From the NCBI GenBank assembly GCA_003971905.1, contig RSEE01000106.1:62001-126000 (forward strand): a stretch of DNA of 64,000 bases. Direction: 5' to 3'. The translations under genes were made by a program, and so were the position numbers. This stretch comes from Moniliella sp. 'wahieum'. Lineage: Eukaryota. Shown here piece by piece: positions 39,764-51,777 of this stretch (positions are counted from its first letter, which is position 1; every line of letters begins with the position of its first letter). The notes beneath the pieces are model-generated. The model saw nothing but the letters and a program-made list of their open reading frames with translations, searched no databases and had not been told where the DNA came from.

Positions 39764-40817
39764 ATGTTCATCCCGTTGGTAGACTACTCGGACTCGGACT
39801 CCTACTCCTCCTCCTACTCCGAGTGGAGAGCGACGAATCGGACGCGTCCTCCGGCCCTGTCCGCCCCCCTCGCAAGCGCCCCCGCCTTGCGCCCACACCT
39901 TCCACTCCGTCTGCCGCGCCGCCCGGGCCTGCTGCCCCCTCTGTCGTCGCCCCGCCTGCCCAGCATTCCGCCCGTCCGCTACCTTCGTTTGGAACGCTGC
40001 GCGACCCCAGTGCGGCTTGGACTCCCTCCTCGCAGCGCATGCAGCGCGCATTTATTTACCTTGAGATGCCTATCTTTGCCCCGCTCGACCGTGTGCTCAG
40101 TGACGCATCCACCGTAACGCATACTACTGGCATTCACTCGCCTTGGGTCCCTCCAGTGCAGTGGATGCTGCGCCAACGACACCACATCTCCCTCACTCGC
40201 CCTTTCTCCGTCGCAGCCCAGGACGAAGTACACTTGCCCCGTCAGCTGCAGCTTTTGGCGCCTTCCCTCCCCTGTCCAGCGGTCCGTCTGGCCTCATTTG
40301 ATTCCTTTACCGACGACGCTAACCAGCTCGTTTACCTCACCGCCTCGGTAGACCCACCTACCCGCTCCCAACTCACTACACTAGCATCCACCCTGCACAA
40401 CCACCTCACCCACCTCCTCACTGTCCCCCCCGCCGCCTACTACAGCGACAACCGGTTTCACCTCAGCTTCCTCTGGCCGTGCTGGAAGCCGAGGGGGATG
40501 GGGGTCATGTCCCCCCCTCGTCCGCGGTGTCGGGAGAGACTCGCACGCCCTTCGATCGCTCCAGTATGGGCTTGACCAACGCTCAACTGTTGCGTCGCCA
40601 GGGCGCGTGCCTCGATACCTCCCACGGCTTGTACCACGGTACCTTGCCCCCCCGTCCGGGCGTAGACCAGACCGAGGTTCACCGCGCAAGTCACGCTGCC
40701 GAACAACGTGCTGGTGCGGCATTGCGCTCCCTTCCGCCCATAGGCCCGGCCGCTCTGTGTCTTCGCTTGGGACGTCAGTTTTACTCTTTCCCCCTGGGCG
40801 AGCCGCATGACGCATGA
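39764..40817 (+). CDS. USB1: U6 snRNA phosphodiesterase (2H family)
   Basis: N-terminal LVDYSDSD, two H-x-S motifs (HHISLTRPF, RFHLSFLW) and C-terminal LCLRLGRQFYSFPL. Frameshifts near 39830 and 40475. Confidence 0.82.
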
Positions 40818-41446
40818 GGCTTGAGGCATGAGGCTCAAGCTTGAGGTCAAGCATCTTCCCCCTCTCTCCCTATCCTTGCATCCGTACACCACACACTCCA
40901 GTATATATACCACAGCACATCAACACCAATACACCACAACACTACAGCACTACAGCATACACACCAGCCCAACTCTCCACACCCGGGCGGTACGGGTGGG
41001 CGCGCGGGGAGGGAACGCGCGAGGAAGAATGCGCTACGGTCGAGCTCGGGCCCACGGTGCCCGAGGAACACGGTGAACACGGTGCACGAGGTGGATAGGC
41101 AGCCTGACAGACACATGGTTCTTTTGTACAACAATGCGTGGATGTAAAGTGGACAGGCGAGGGGCATATAGGCCATACGCTTTGAGTCTCCTTCCTTCAC
41201 CTCTACCTCCACCTCTACCTCCCTGCCTACCCACCGGTCACCCAGCGCCGGCAGCTGCGCTCTGGATCGTGTCCTGGCGTAGGGGAGCGCCAGGACCAGC
41301 GTGGCAACGGGAGAGGCAAGTGCGAGAGGCGAGAGGCGAGAGGCGAAGGGGAGGTGAGGGACGAAGATAGAAGAACGGACACGTTCAGGGGATGGATGGA
41401 GTGCGAGGTCCAGGGTCAAGGTCAAGGTCAAGGTGCGATGGGCGAG

Positions 41447-41481
41447 GTGCAAAGTGCAAAGTGCAAAGTGCAAAGTGCAAA
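41447..41481. repeat. (GTGCAAA)x5 heptamer array
   Basis: Five exact units read directly. Confidence 0.95.
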
Positions 41482-41674
41482 GTGCGAGGCGTAAGTACCT
41501 CCGCCTTCCCCGCCTCGCCGCGCAGCAGGGTACGATGGAACGAGTCGGATGAGTAGTGAAGCGTGAACAGGTTCAAGAGGGAGGCAACGCGTGCAAAGCG
41601 TGCAAAGCAAAGCCCAGCGCGGCACGGCCAAGTTTTGCGCTGGTGGCATCATCTAGCAGTGGGCATCGCGCATC

Positions 41675-41723
41675 GAGCTTGGAGCTTGGAGCTTGGAGCT
41701 TGGAGCTTGGAGCTTGGAGCTTG
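41675..41723. repeat. (GAGCTTG)x7 heptamer array
   Basis: Seven exact units immediately 3' of the carrier gene stop codon. Confidence 0.95.
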
Positions 41724-41742
41724 GGGCTTTGAGCCTCCAGAT

Positions 41743-43261
41743 TCAATTGGGTGTTCCGTTTTGCGAGAGGGAGAGGAACAGTTCGTAGATGCCAAACATG
41801 ACGGTGGCGTTGGGAACGACACGGAGCAAGTGAGCTGACAGACCACCGTAAAGTGCAGCCGCGCCTTCTTCTCGTACGACCAGGTGGAACGTTTGTGCGA
41901 GGCCAGTGTAACGCTGGGGCAAGCGGTGACCTGGGCGGGTGGGATCCAACGGCGGTTCCTGGCGCATGCGCGTACGCAACACTTCGTGCGGATACGTAAT
42001 TAACGCAGCTACCAACTTGGCGATCCCAGCTGCGCCCACTGCGCCCGTCAAACGCGATGTCGCACTGATAACGGCACTGTCGTCTTTGGTACCCAGTACA
42101 GCCTGATGCTTTGGTCGCGCCGACACCTTTTTCAGTTGCTCATACAACGTCCACTGTAACGTCCCCTCGGTCACACCCAGGTACGAGGCTGTGATGCCCT
42201 TGTACAGCCCTTTGGGCCCTTCGGAAGAAAGTATACGCCGGACCATCTCGATACTCGTCGTAGTCAATGGGCGGGGTTGTACCACTCCGCCTGCGGTAGT
42301 GGACAGGGCAGCAGAACCGGGAGGCCTACCAGGTCCTACCGCCGCCACCGCCGCAGCGATCGCTTGGGAATGCCGCGCACGTTCTAGTTGCAAACGCGTT
42401 TTCACCACCCAAATCGGATTCGTCACTGTTGCCGTAACCATGCCGGCAAACGCAGCGGAAGAGAGATGGATCAAAGGTGTTTCCACCCCATTGTTGCAGT
42501 GCGCAGCTAGAATTTGTTTCCCATTGCCATACGTGTAAAAGTTGATCGATCGCGCAGGTACCACACCTACCAACGTAGGACCCAGTCCTTTGAACAGCGC
42601 ACGCACACCTTCTTTCCTCGCAATGTCCCTGCTCAGCAGAAAAGGTTGTAGGTAGTTAGCCATCCATCCGTCCTCTGCTTCGGCTGAGGGTTCGGGTTCG
42701 GGTTCGGGTTCGGTCGGGAGCAAGAACCAACCCCGACCAAAACCAAAACCAAAACCAAAACGATCCGATCCCACCCCGCCCCCGACCAGACGAGAACGGG
42801 AGGAACAAAGAAAGGGATGGGAGAGGAAGAGCAAGAACGTACCGAACCAAGTACCCCGTCTCAACAAACGAGTAAGCCATCGCCCGAACGGAAGCCAACG
42901 TGCCCTGTGCCGAACTCGCGCGGCAACGCGACGAGGTCGACGGTACATGTCAGACTGCAGACGCGTCTTGACCACATCCAATGGCGACGTGACCACTGCA
43001 CCGCACATACCTCCCACGCCACCGGCGGCAAAGTGCACCCAGCCGCCCTTGGGCACCAGCGGCGCCGAGGTAGCTCCCGAGGTGGCAACCGGCGCAGCTG
43101 ACGTAGCAGACGCAGAGGGAGACAGACGCAGACGCAGATGGAGATGGGAAAGAAGCGGAGGCAGAAGCGGGAGTTGGTACAGCAGAGATAGGGAACGAGC
43201 GCGAACGTAGGTCCAGACTGGCCTCGAGCTCGTCGGAGGTGAGGGTGGAGGAGGAGGACAT
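41743..43261 (-). CDS. RIM2: Mitochondrial carrier, pyrimidine nucleotide transporter (SLC25A33/36-like)
   Basis: WVHFAAGGVGGMCGAVVTSPLDVVKTRLQSD, LFKGLGPTLVGVVPARSINFYTYGNGK, TNPIWVVKTRLQL and ITYPHEVLRTRMRQ. Intron about 42842-42630. Confidence 0.9.
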
Positions 43262-44077
43262 GGCAAGTGCGTCGGTTAGGTCGTCGGTGAGTTGGTGCGG
43301 GGTGTCCCAGTCGGGAGATGGGGGGCGGCCATGGCGGCGAAAGGAGGAGGGGAGGAGGACGAAGATGAAGATGAAGATGAAGCGAAAGGAACCAGGGGTA
43401 AAAGCAAAAGCAAAAGCAACGGAGGGGAGCAGAGGTGGGACGCAATTGGAGGGTGTGAGGGTCGGCTGACGGTGGGTAGCCGCTAAGCCAGCCACAGGAA
43501 GCTGCCAAAAAATTATACCCGCCCGCCCGGGCGCCGGGCGGAATCGGCCTCGGGCATTGCACCGATCGAACGTCGCTCCCCTGCTTGTCACATGTCACAT
43601 GACCGGTCACATGGTGCATTCCATATCACATGTGATGCCGCCACGTCGGTCTCACCAACGTCTCACCTCGCGCACAGGCCCGCCGCGGCTCTGCCCCGCC
43701 TAACCACACACCCAAGTCCCATTTCCACCATGTACGTTTCCGGGCTGACCGCGCCACTTCCATCAGATCGCCCCAGTTGGGCCAGTTGGGAAACAACATC
43801 CACTTGCACACACACAGAAACAAAAAGAGAGAGAGAGAGACCCAAACGAATGAATCCGGGCACCCGGCCCGGGGAACCAACCAACCAAAAGAAACCAACG
43901 ACCAAAAACGAAAACCCAAAGAAAGAGAAGACAAGACAAGAGAGAACCCAACAACGTAATGTACCGTACCGTGCCGTGGCACGAAACGAAAACACACGTC
44001 ACGGTCACGTCGCGCGTACAGAGACAGAGAGAGCAACAGTAAGACGTAGTCGATTTCGATTTCGTTTGTTGTGTTGT

Positions 44078-47000
44078 TTAGTGTTGGTTTCGTCTCATTT
44101 TGTTTTGTTCTGTGTTGTTTCGGCACTGGTAGCATCTGCCTCGTTCTCGTTCTCGTCCTCGTTCTCGTTCTCGTTCTCGTTCTCGTTCTCGTTCTCGTTC
44201 TCGTTCTCGTTCTGTCTCTACACGGGGCGCACGGGGCGCAACCGACCTGACCGAGCCACGACCGGCCTCCCAGCCAGCGCCGCCGTCTCGCCCAACCGGG
44301 GGAACTCCGAGTACTGCGGCGGCGCCTCGCTCTCGCCCCCCACAACGACGAGGACAAGGATACCGACGCTCCAGCCGGCACAGGCACAGGCGCAGACGCA
44401 GACGCAGACGACACAACCCCCACCCCACGCCGCGTAGAAGGCTGAGACTCAGCCCCCACCCCACGCGCAGACCGACTCGCTGGTCCTGCGCGACGCGACC
44501 GACGCTCGCCCCCCGTTGCTGACGCAGTTGCAGACGCGTTGGCGGTATTACCCCGGCTCACACCCGTCCTTCCACCTCCACCCGCACCCGCACCCGCACC
44601 GTCCCTATCCCTATCCCCAGCGCGCCGCGCACCAGGACTGAGGGGGGGAGAAGCGCGAACCGCACCCGCAACCGGAACCGAAGCGGGAGCGACACGTCGG
44701 AATTGGCTAATCTACTCGCTTCCCTCTCCCGACCCCGGTCCCGCTCGCGTTCTCTGTCCCGGTCCCGGTCCCGTTCTCGTTCTCGTTCTCGTTGGTGTTC
44801 CCTTTCGTGTCCCCGGTCGCGATGACGTTCTCGATCGCGGTCGCGGTGGTGGTCCAGGTCCCGGTCCCGGTCCCGGTCCCGATCGCGATGGTGGTCCCGG
44901 TCCCGGTCCCGGTCCCGGGCGCGTGGGCGTTCAGGGTGGCGTGGAGAGGGGCGTTCTCGTTCACTCTTACCTTTCCGTTCACTGGTTCGTTCGCTCTTGC
45001 GTTCACTGGTTCGTTCACGCTTTCGGTCGGAGGAGGAAGGATGGTGAGCGTGGTGGTGGGGGGGTTCGGTGCGTGGTTCAGCGGACCGATGCGAGCGCGA
45101 CGGACGGCGCGAGGAAGATGATGACGAGGTAGCGGGAGCCGGCGCTGACGCGGACGCCGAAGGCGCAGGCGCGGGTACGGGCGCGGGTACGGGGGGACCA
45201 GCAGGACGTAACGACGCAGGTACATTGTCGCCACCGGCAAGAGCAAGACTGGGAATGGGGAGGCTCAGGTGATGCTGTTGCGTCCATGTGGGTCGGTCCG
45301 GTCCCGGTTGGTCTCGGTGGTCTCGTTGGTCCAGTCCGTCGATTCGGTCGGTCAGGTCCACTCGGTCCACTCGGTCCACTCGGTCTCGTGGGTCTCGTGG
45401 GTCTCGCGGGTCTCGTCGGGGCTGCTCCGCCACCGCCTGGGCAGAGGAAAGTGTACGTGCGCGACCGAGTTGGGCGCGGGCTTGGAGCGCGGTTTGGCTC
45501 GTCGCGCTCAGTGGGACGTAGGCGGGGAAAGGTTCGAGGGGCATACCCCCCGGCCCAGGAGCAGGGTGGTTGCTCATTTTAGTTTCTGGTGTGAAGACTA
45601 CTTTTCTCCCCCTCCTCCTGCTCCTGCTCCGATTGCCCCTTCGTTTCCTCCTTGTCCCAATCCTCCGCCCCCACCCCCACCACTGGTACCTCGACCTCCC
45701 ACTGACGCAGGCACACTGGTCCCGCCTCCGTACCACTCTGGTCGACCGAACGGATCGGGCTGGCGGGGATAGTACACCCCAGTCCCAAGGCCACTCCACC
45801 CCCTCCCCCGCTATCCCCCCCGCCATTAGGCACGGGAAGTCCATCCCGTGCAAAGGGGCGGGGCACACCATGCGCCAGCGGGGCAAGGAACGCGTTCTGT
45901 ACCACGGCGCCAACTCTTGGTTGAACAGGAGCCAGCGGGAAGGGGGTGGATCCCATGCCCTGTGCAGGCACCGACGCTGGTGCCGAGCTGGACAGGAGCG
46001 CGCGAGATGGGATGTGGTCCGGCACGCGGGGGAGGGCAGAGGGTGGGGGCGGATGAGAAAAAGCCAGCGCGGCAAACTGAAGTGGGCCCTGGTTGGGCAG
46101 GCCGGGCGCAAGGGCCGAAGCAGAACCAGAACCAGAACCAGGACCAGAAGCGGACGCGGCCTCGGCAGCCGAAGCAGCAGAAACGGCAGCTGCTTGGTGT
46201 GGAAAGGCGCCTACCACCGTTTCGGATACAAGGTCGAGAGGTACGTTGGCCAACACGTCGTCTTTGGGAATGGGCAGGGCGGTGGGGCCGGCGCACACGC
46301 GAAACCCTTTGGGAGGCCGGTTGGTCACGGGGGTCGTATCGGGCGGGTTGAGAATAGGTGGGGCGGCAGCAGGTCGGATGGACGTGGATGTGGACGTGGC
46401 GCCGGGCCGAGAGGGGGGCGAGCGGGAGGAGAGCGTTGCCGTTCCCGTTGCGGGTAGAGGTGCAGTCGCGTTGGGATGGCCGTGGCCATGGCTGTGGCTG
46501 TGGGGCGGGGCGTGGCGAGGGGGTGAGCCGAGGTGAGGAGCCGGGGCAGGCACGGGACGAGCGCGCGGCTGGAAGGACAAGGGCCGCGCAGACGATGGGC
46601 GGGGAGGCGTGGTGGAGGGGGGGACGCTGTGGTGGCGGCTGTGGTGCGGGGCGGCAGGCGCAGCGGGTGGGGAGCGATGGGCGGAGCGAGAGGGGGCAGG
46701 GGCAGGGGCAGGGGCAGGGGCAGGGGCGCGGGGACGCGGACGCGGGGAGGGCTGGGAGGCTGGGGGCGGCAGGGGGGCGGGGGCAGTGTGGGCCAGGGGA
46801 CGGTGGGAGACGGGGCGCGGGCGGGGGTGGAGTGGGCGGCGTGGGGCGGCGGCGGGGCGGCGGGGAGCAGACGTGGCGCTGGAGGCTGGTGGGCGACGCA
46901 AAGTGATGCGAGCAGCGCGGGCAGTAGTACTGCGCCTGGGCGCGCGGCGGAGACCGGGGATGGGGATGGGGATGGGGATGGGGAGGGATGGGGATGGGGA

Positions 47001-47110
47001 TGGGAAGGGTAGGTGCGAGGGAGAAGGTCGCTGCTGCTGCTGCTGCTGGGGCTGCTGTTGGGGCTGGCGCTGCCGCCGCCGGTAATGAGCTCGAGGCGGG
47101 ACTTGAGCAT
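44078..47110 (-). CDS. Hypothetical low-complexity protein with Pro-rich and RD/RE mixed-charge tracts
   Basis: ATG at 47110 (MLKSRLELITGG) and chained long minus-strand ORFs (45579-47180, 44558-46111). RDPRDP/RVDRVD and RDRDRD/RERERE tracts. Both ends uncertain. Confidence 0.4.
44141..44212. repeat. (TCGTTC)x12 hexamer microsatellite
   Basis: 12 units, one being the variant TCGTCC. Confidence 0.95.
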
Positions 47111-47871
47111 GGCCACCGAGGGGCTGCGGGGGATGGTGATGGTGCGGGGCAAGAGACGGTGAGCCCCGCCGATCGATCATCCCATCTCGGGGCGCGCGGG
47201 GGGATGGCGAGTGTCTGAGGCTGGACTACACTGTGTGTCTCCTTGCTTCTCCGGCACGTCACTATCCCTCGATCACTAGATCACTCGACCACCCCTCGCT
47301 CTTCCCTGGCGCTTGCCTCCGACCGTCGATCGAACGCACAGGCTGGACAGCCAGCCACGCGCGCCGGACAGGCGCTCTGCTCCGCCCGCCTCAGGAGCGC
47401 AGGCGCTGTGCTGAGGCCATCGATGATCGCCATCATCCCCCGCGCTCCCCACGCTCCCCACCACACCCGACTCACACGCACCGCCTCACTGACGTCATCC
47501 CACTCACTCCCCACACGATCCATCACCCACACTAAGTACGCACATGCCATTTGGGCCGTGTTCAACGACGTTCAACACGTTCAACCTTCAAGCTTCAACC
47601 TCCAACCGACCATCTCACTCTCGATCCTCTCGGCACGGGCCCTCGTCTCTCTGCCCCTGGGCCGCCCCATGTGGCAAGGGGAGTTGGGTCTGGTATAATC
47701 CCAATCGTCGTGTTTGAGGTTTTATTCCCTCTAACATAGAGTACGCGTAGCTTTGCCCAGCTTGGAATTCCCCGCAGCCAGAGAGAGAGAGTGCTGGCCA
47801 CTCCTAGTAGTTCACCAATCGCACCACCCACTCGCCAGCCCATCTTCCCGCACGCCACAGTCCTGATCAGT

Positions 47872-49411
47872 ATGTCTCAGCCCAGCACCCCCTTGCCAGT
47901 GCGCCGCCTTGCAGTCCCGTGTCCCGCCCAACTCCGACTTTGCTCAACCCTGCTCGCCTTTCTTCCCCCCCCCCCCCCGGAAACCGCCTTCTACTAACGA
48001 TTGGGTGACCGACGTTGTCTCCTCCCGCATCCATCGACATCAACCCCCACCTCATCGGTTGCCTCCCCCGGCCTTGGTCCGGCCGTACAGCCGCAGGACT
48101 TGATCCCATCCGTCATCAGCGGCGGGGGTACGACCTCCCCGACTGACGCAAGCAATGGTCAGTGTGAATGGCGTCGAATCGGACACCACGAGATGTACTA
48201 CATTGGTTCCACAATATCCCGTTTGTCCTGATGTTGGCACTCTTCTCCTTTTTCTTCCTACCCGTGGCGATCAAGGGGTTCGCCCGTATACTCCTTTCCT
48301 TTGCTCGTTAGGCCGCCCCATCCACAGGCCGAGTGAACGCGCGCACAGTCCACCCTCCAATTGCACAGGTCTGAAAAGTAGCAGGACCCTAGCTATACGC
48401 TCTATGTCCAGATGCGTATACCAGTTGCGTACCCCTTTGCACGATTGGGTCCAGGGTTCGGTCGAACACCCTCTATCGCCCAGCATCGGTCTTGGTGCTG
48501 GTTTCCACCGTTTCGGCCGCCACGCAGCTCCAGCGTACGGTCCTTGGTCCAGCCCTGGGCCCAACTCTAAACTTGTTTGGATATTACAGCTAAAGAGTGG
48601 ATCCTGGGAGACCGTCATGGTCCGCTGCTCATGTATTTGGTTGATGGGTGCCCACGTTGGGGGGGTTCCTATACGTTCCTCGCCCATCTCCCTCCGGGCT
48701 TGGATGCACCGCTGGATGGTTCGACATTCTTGTGTGCAAAACCTTGGGCTCTTTGTCGTCGGGTTCATGTGCACTGTGATCGTATCAACAGTGCCAGTAA
48801 AACTTCCTCGTGCTTCTCTGTTCCTCTGTACAAATAATGCCCTCCCGATCGAGATCTCAACACTCCATCTCTCTGTGTGCTACGTTTTCAGGTGCTATTA
48901 TGTGCTGGGTGCAGTGGATCATGGTTCCACCTACTGTATGCTTCTCGCGCCGCCGCCACCCGGCCAATGCGATTTGGCATACTGTATCTCTTCATTCATC
49001 TTTTTCCTGCTCTCCCCTAACCCCCTAGCCTACTTCGGCCCCAATCCTGCCGGCGTGCAGTGCTCCATATGTTGTCGTAACCGACCGTCCCCCCACCTCC
49101 GCCGCTTCGATTCAGGTTGGGGCTCGATTGATCTCTTTGTTGCTTTTCGGTCTGTACCACTCTGTACCGTGCGCCAAGCGCTTTGGGACGACACATGCCA
49201 TGATACCATCATCTCGGGACCCAGTGCGCTTGCCGAGGGGACCGCATACGATCTGAAAACTGTGAGAACTGCCACCACTGGGAGAGAGATCTGGGGGGGG
49301 AACCTGAGCAGGGAGGGAACAAAACTAGCAATTTCATTGGACGAACATGTTATTACTGTTCAACCCGACTACCATGGGGACGGAGGTGTTCCTGAAGGTC
49401 CATGGGATTGA
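47872..49411 (+). CDS. Hypothetical, possibly multi-pass membrane protein
   Basis: 418-codon stop-free frame 48155-49411 with several hydrophobic Cys-rich segments and a hydrophilic tail. Possible ATG at 47872 with an intron. No family recognised with confidence. Confidence 0.3.
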
Positions 49412-49782
49412 CGTTCTCGCGTCCGATCCGTTGCTCCTTTTCCTCCTTCCACAGTGGGAAGCTTGGTATTCACAGTCGGCGTCAGAAGGTGGACGTTGTT
49501 GGTTGTTAGTTGGAGTCCTCGCTGCCGCCGCAGCGCCACGCCAGTGCCAAAAAATACGCACTGGGTCACGTGCATGGGCGCTAGGGTTGGATGGTGGTTG
49601 GGGTTTTGTTTTGGTCCGCCAGCAACGCTTTGGCGACGACCACGTTTTCCTTTTCCTCTTTTTGCTCTTCTGGCCTTCGGCTGCCGCTACCACCACCACC
49701 GCTACTGCCGCGCTACTGCCGCTACGACTGCCGCTGCACCCCCCCCCCCCCCCCTCCTCTCTTTCTCACCCCCTCCGTCGCC

Positions 49783-51276
49783 ATGTGGAGCTCCCAGCCG
49801 CACACGATTGGCGCCATGCCCCACACCCCCACCCCGTCGGCCTTGGCCCCCGCCGCGGAACCCCCCGCCTCACCAGCCGACCGCAGCGCCAATTACTTGC
49901 CTGGCTACCTGAGCAAGATCAAGGATACCAGGGTACGTTTCTTTCTGATCTCTTCCCTTTTGTTTCTTTGCGGGAACCAGCTCTGCTGGTGTGCTACTCC
50001 TCCTCCTCGTTTTCCTCACTAACCTTCCCGCTCGATCAGCCCTACTCGTCTCCTCTCCAAGCCAACCCTTCTCGTCCTCCCCCGCCGCAGGCCGATGAGA
50101 CCGGGAGCGACAGCGTGCTCCTCGCCCCGCACCGGCAATCCGCCCACTCCGCCTCGCCGCAGCATGCTTTCTCCTCGAGCTTTTTCCAGCCACGCCACTC
50201 GGCCCGGTTCAACGACTCGTTTGCCACCAACACCGACTTTGGTCCTGCTGCCACGGGCAACTTGTCTGTCGGACCGGGCGGGTCGCTGCGTAGCTTTCGC
50301 TCCCCAGCCGCACGCGGCAGAGATAGCGTGTTTGGTCCTTCGGGTCTACGCGCACGCGGTAACCCCGAGCCTTTGGGCTTGACTCCTAGCGCTAGCTTTA
50401 GCTTTAGCGTTCATGATCCCGGGCTCGTTGGTCGAGGACGATCAGCCGCCTCCGCCCGTCCAATCCCTCGAGGACGAAGAGGTTATGAATACTTCGACGA
50501 GCACTGCTCCGGGGCTGGGACTGGGACTGGGATCAGGGTCGGGATCGGGATCGGGATCGGGGCAGGGATCGGGTCCGGGACCCGGGTTGGGTTCGGGATG
50601 GCCACCTTCTTCCACCCCTACGCTCTCGGCTAGGGGGACGACGAACGTTCTGCCTTCCCCCGCTGGTGCACCTGCCTTGGTCCCCGCGACACGGGAGGAA
50701 AATAGCAAGGTACGCACAGTACTCTTGTTTGGTTTCCCGCGTTCGTTGGAGGCACTGGTCCTGGACCACTTTGGTACCGGTCTCGTTTCGTCCGAGTGGG
50801 TCCCGCTCTCCCACGCTCAAGATGGGCCCGGGTACGTCCAAGCGGTCTATGCCGATGCTGGCGCTGCGTTCCGTGCGCTCCGTCGGTCGGGCGAGTTGGT
50901 CGCGGGCTTAGCTATGGTCGGCGTGCGCGTTCAGGACGACGAGGTTAACCGCCTACTCCTCCTAGACGGCTTGGCATCAGCTTCGGTTTCAGGTTCAGGC
51001 TTGGTCACTGACCATCGGTCCGGATCAACAGCTCACCCTGCAGCTACGGCTTCAACGCCCCAGTCCCGACCGCGTCCCCGCGCTTCCATGGGCCGACCAA
51101 TGAGCGTGATAGGAACGAAAGACTCGGCCTTGGCGCCCCCCGCCGCCGATACGTCCGCCTCCTTTTTCCGCTTGCCTGGATGGTCTAGCCCGGCTAACAA
51201 GACCCAGGACTTGCCCCCGGCCGGGAACCGGTCTTCCTTCTTGGGTCGCGTCAATGACGCTGTGTTTGGCTGGTAA
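49783..51276 (+). CDS. NUP53: Nucleoporin Nup53/Nup35 (RRM)
   Basis: YLPGYL motif, intron 49933-50039, PPPVQSL, RRM TVLLFGFP...DHF...VYAD..AAFRALRRSG..V.G..MVGV and C-terminal amphipathic helix SFLGRVNDAVFGW*. Confidence 0.85.
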
Positions 51277-51777
51277 CCGGGACCCGGGAACCAGGAACCA
51301 GGAACCGGGAACCAGTAACAGGTAACCAGGGTAATAGGTACCTGGGAACTGGGTAGGGTGACGACGTTGAGACGTCAACTTGACGCGTAAAAACGTATAG
51401 GTTGTCGCTTCGCTCCCGCTCTTTTCGTTGCCCTCGTCCTCGGTCCTGCCCCCCCCCACCCTCGGCCAGAACTCAAAAGCATACTGTGCCCCCTCCCCTC
51501 CTCCTTCTCTCCCAGATCCCTTCGTCTCTTCGCCCTCAAATCACTTGATGCATCTACCTTCCCCCACTTTTCTCCCCGTCGGCACGGCATGTAATTCTTT
51601 AGACACCCGATTCCAGGCTCTAGACTCTCGTCCCCCTCTTCCGCCTTCACTTGTATAGATAGCAAGAGGGAGCCGTTGCCTTGCTACTTTGCTACAGAAC
51701 ACCAAAACCGAAACGCATTCGTCGTTTCCCTGCTAGTACCAGTACCCGTACGCTTTGCCCGTTCGTGGGGGGGGAGG

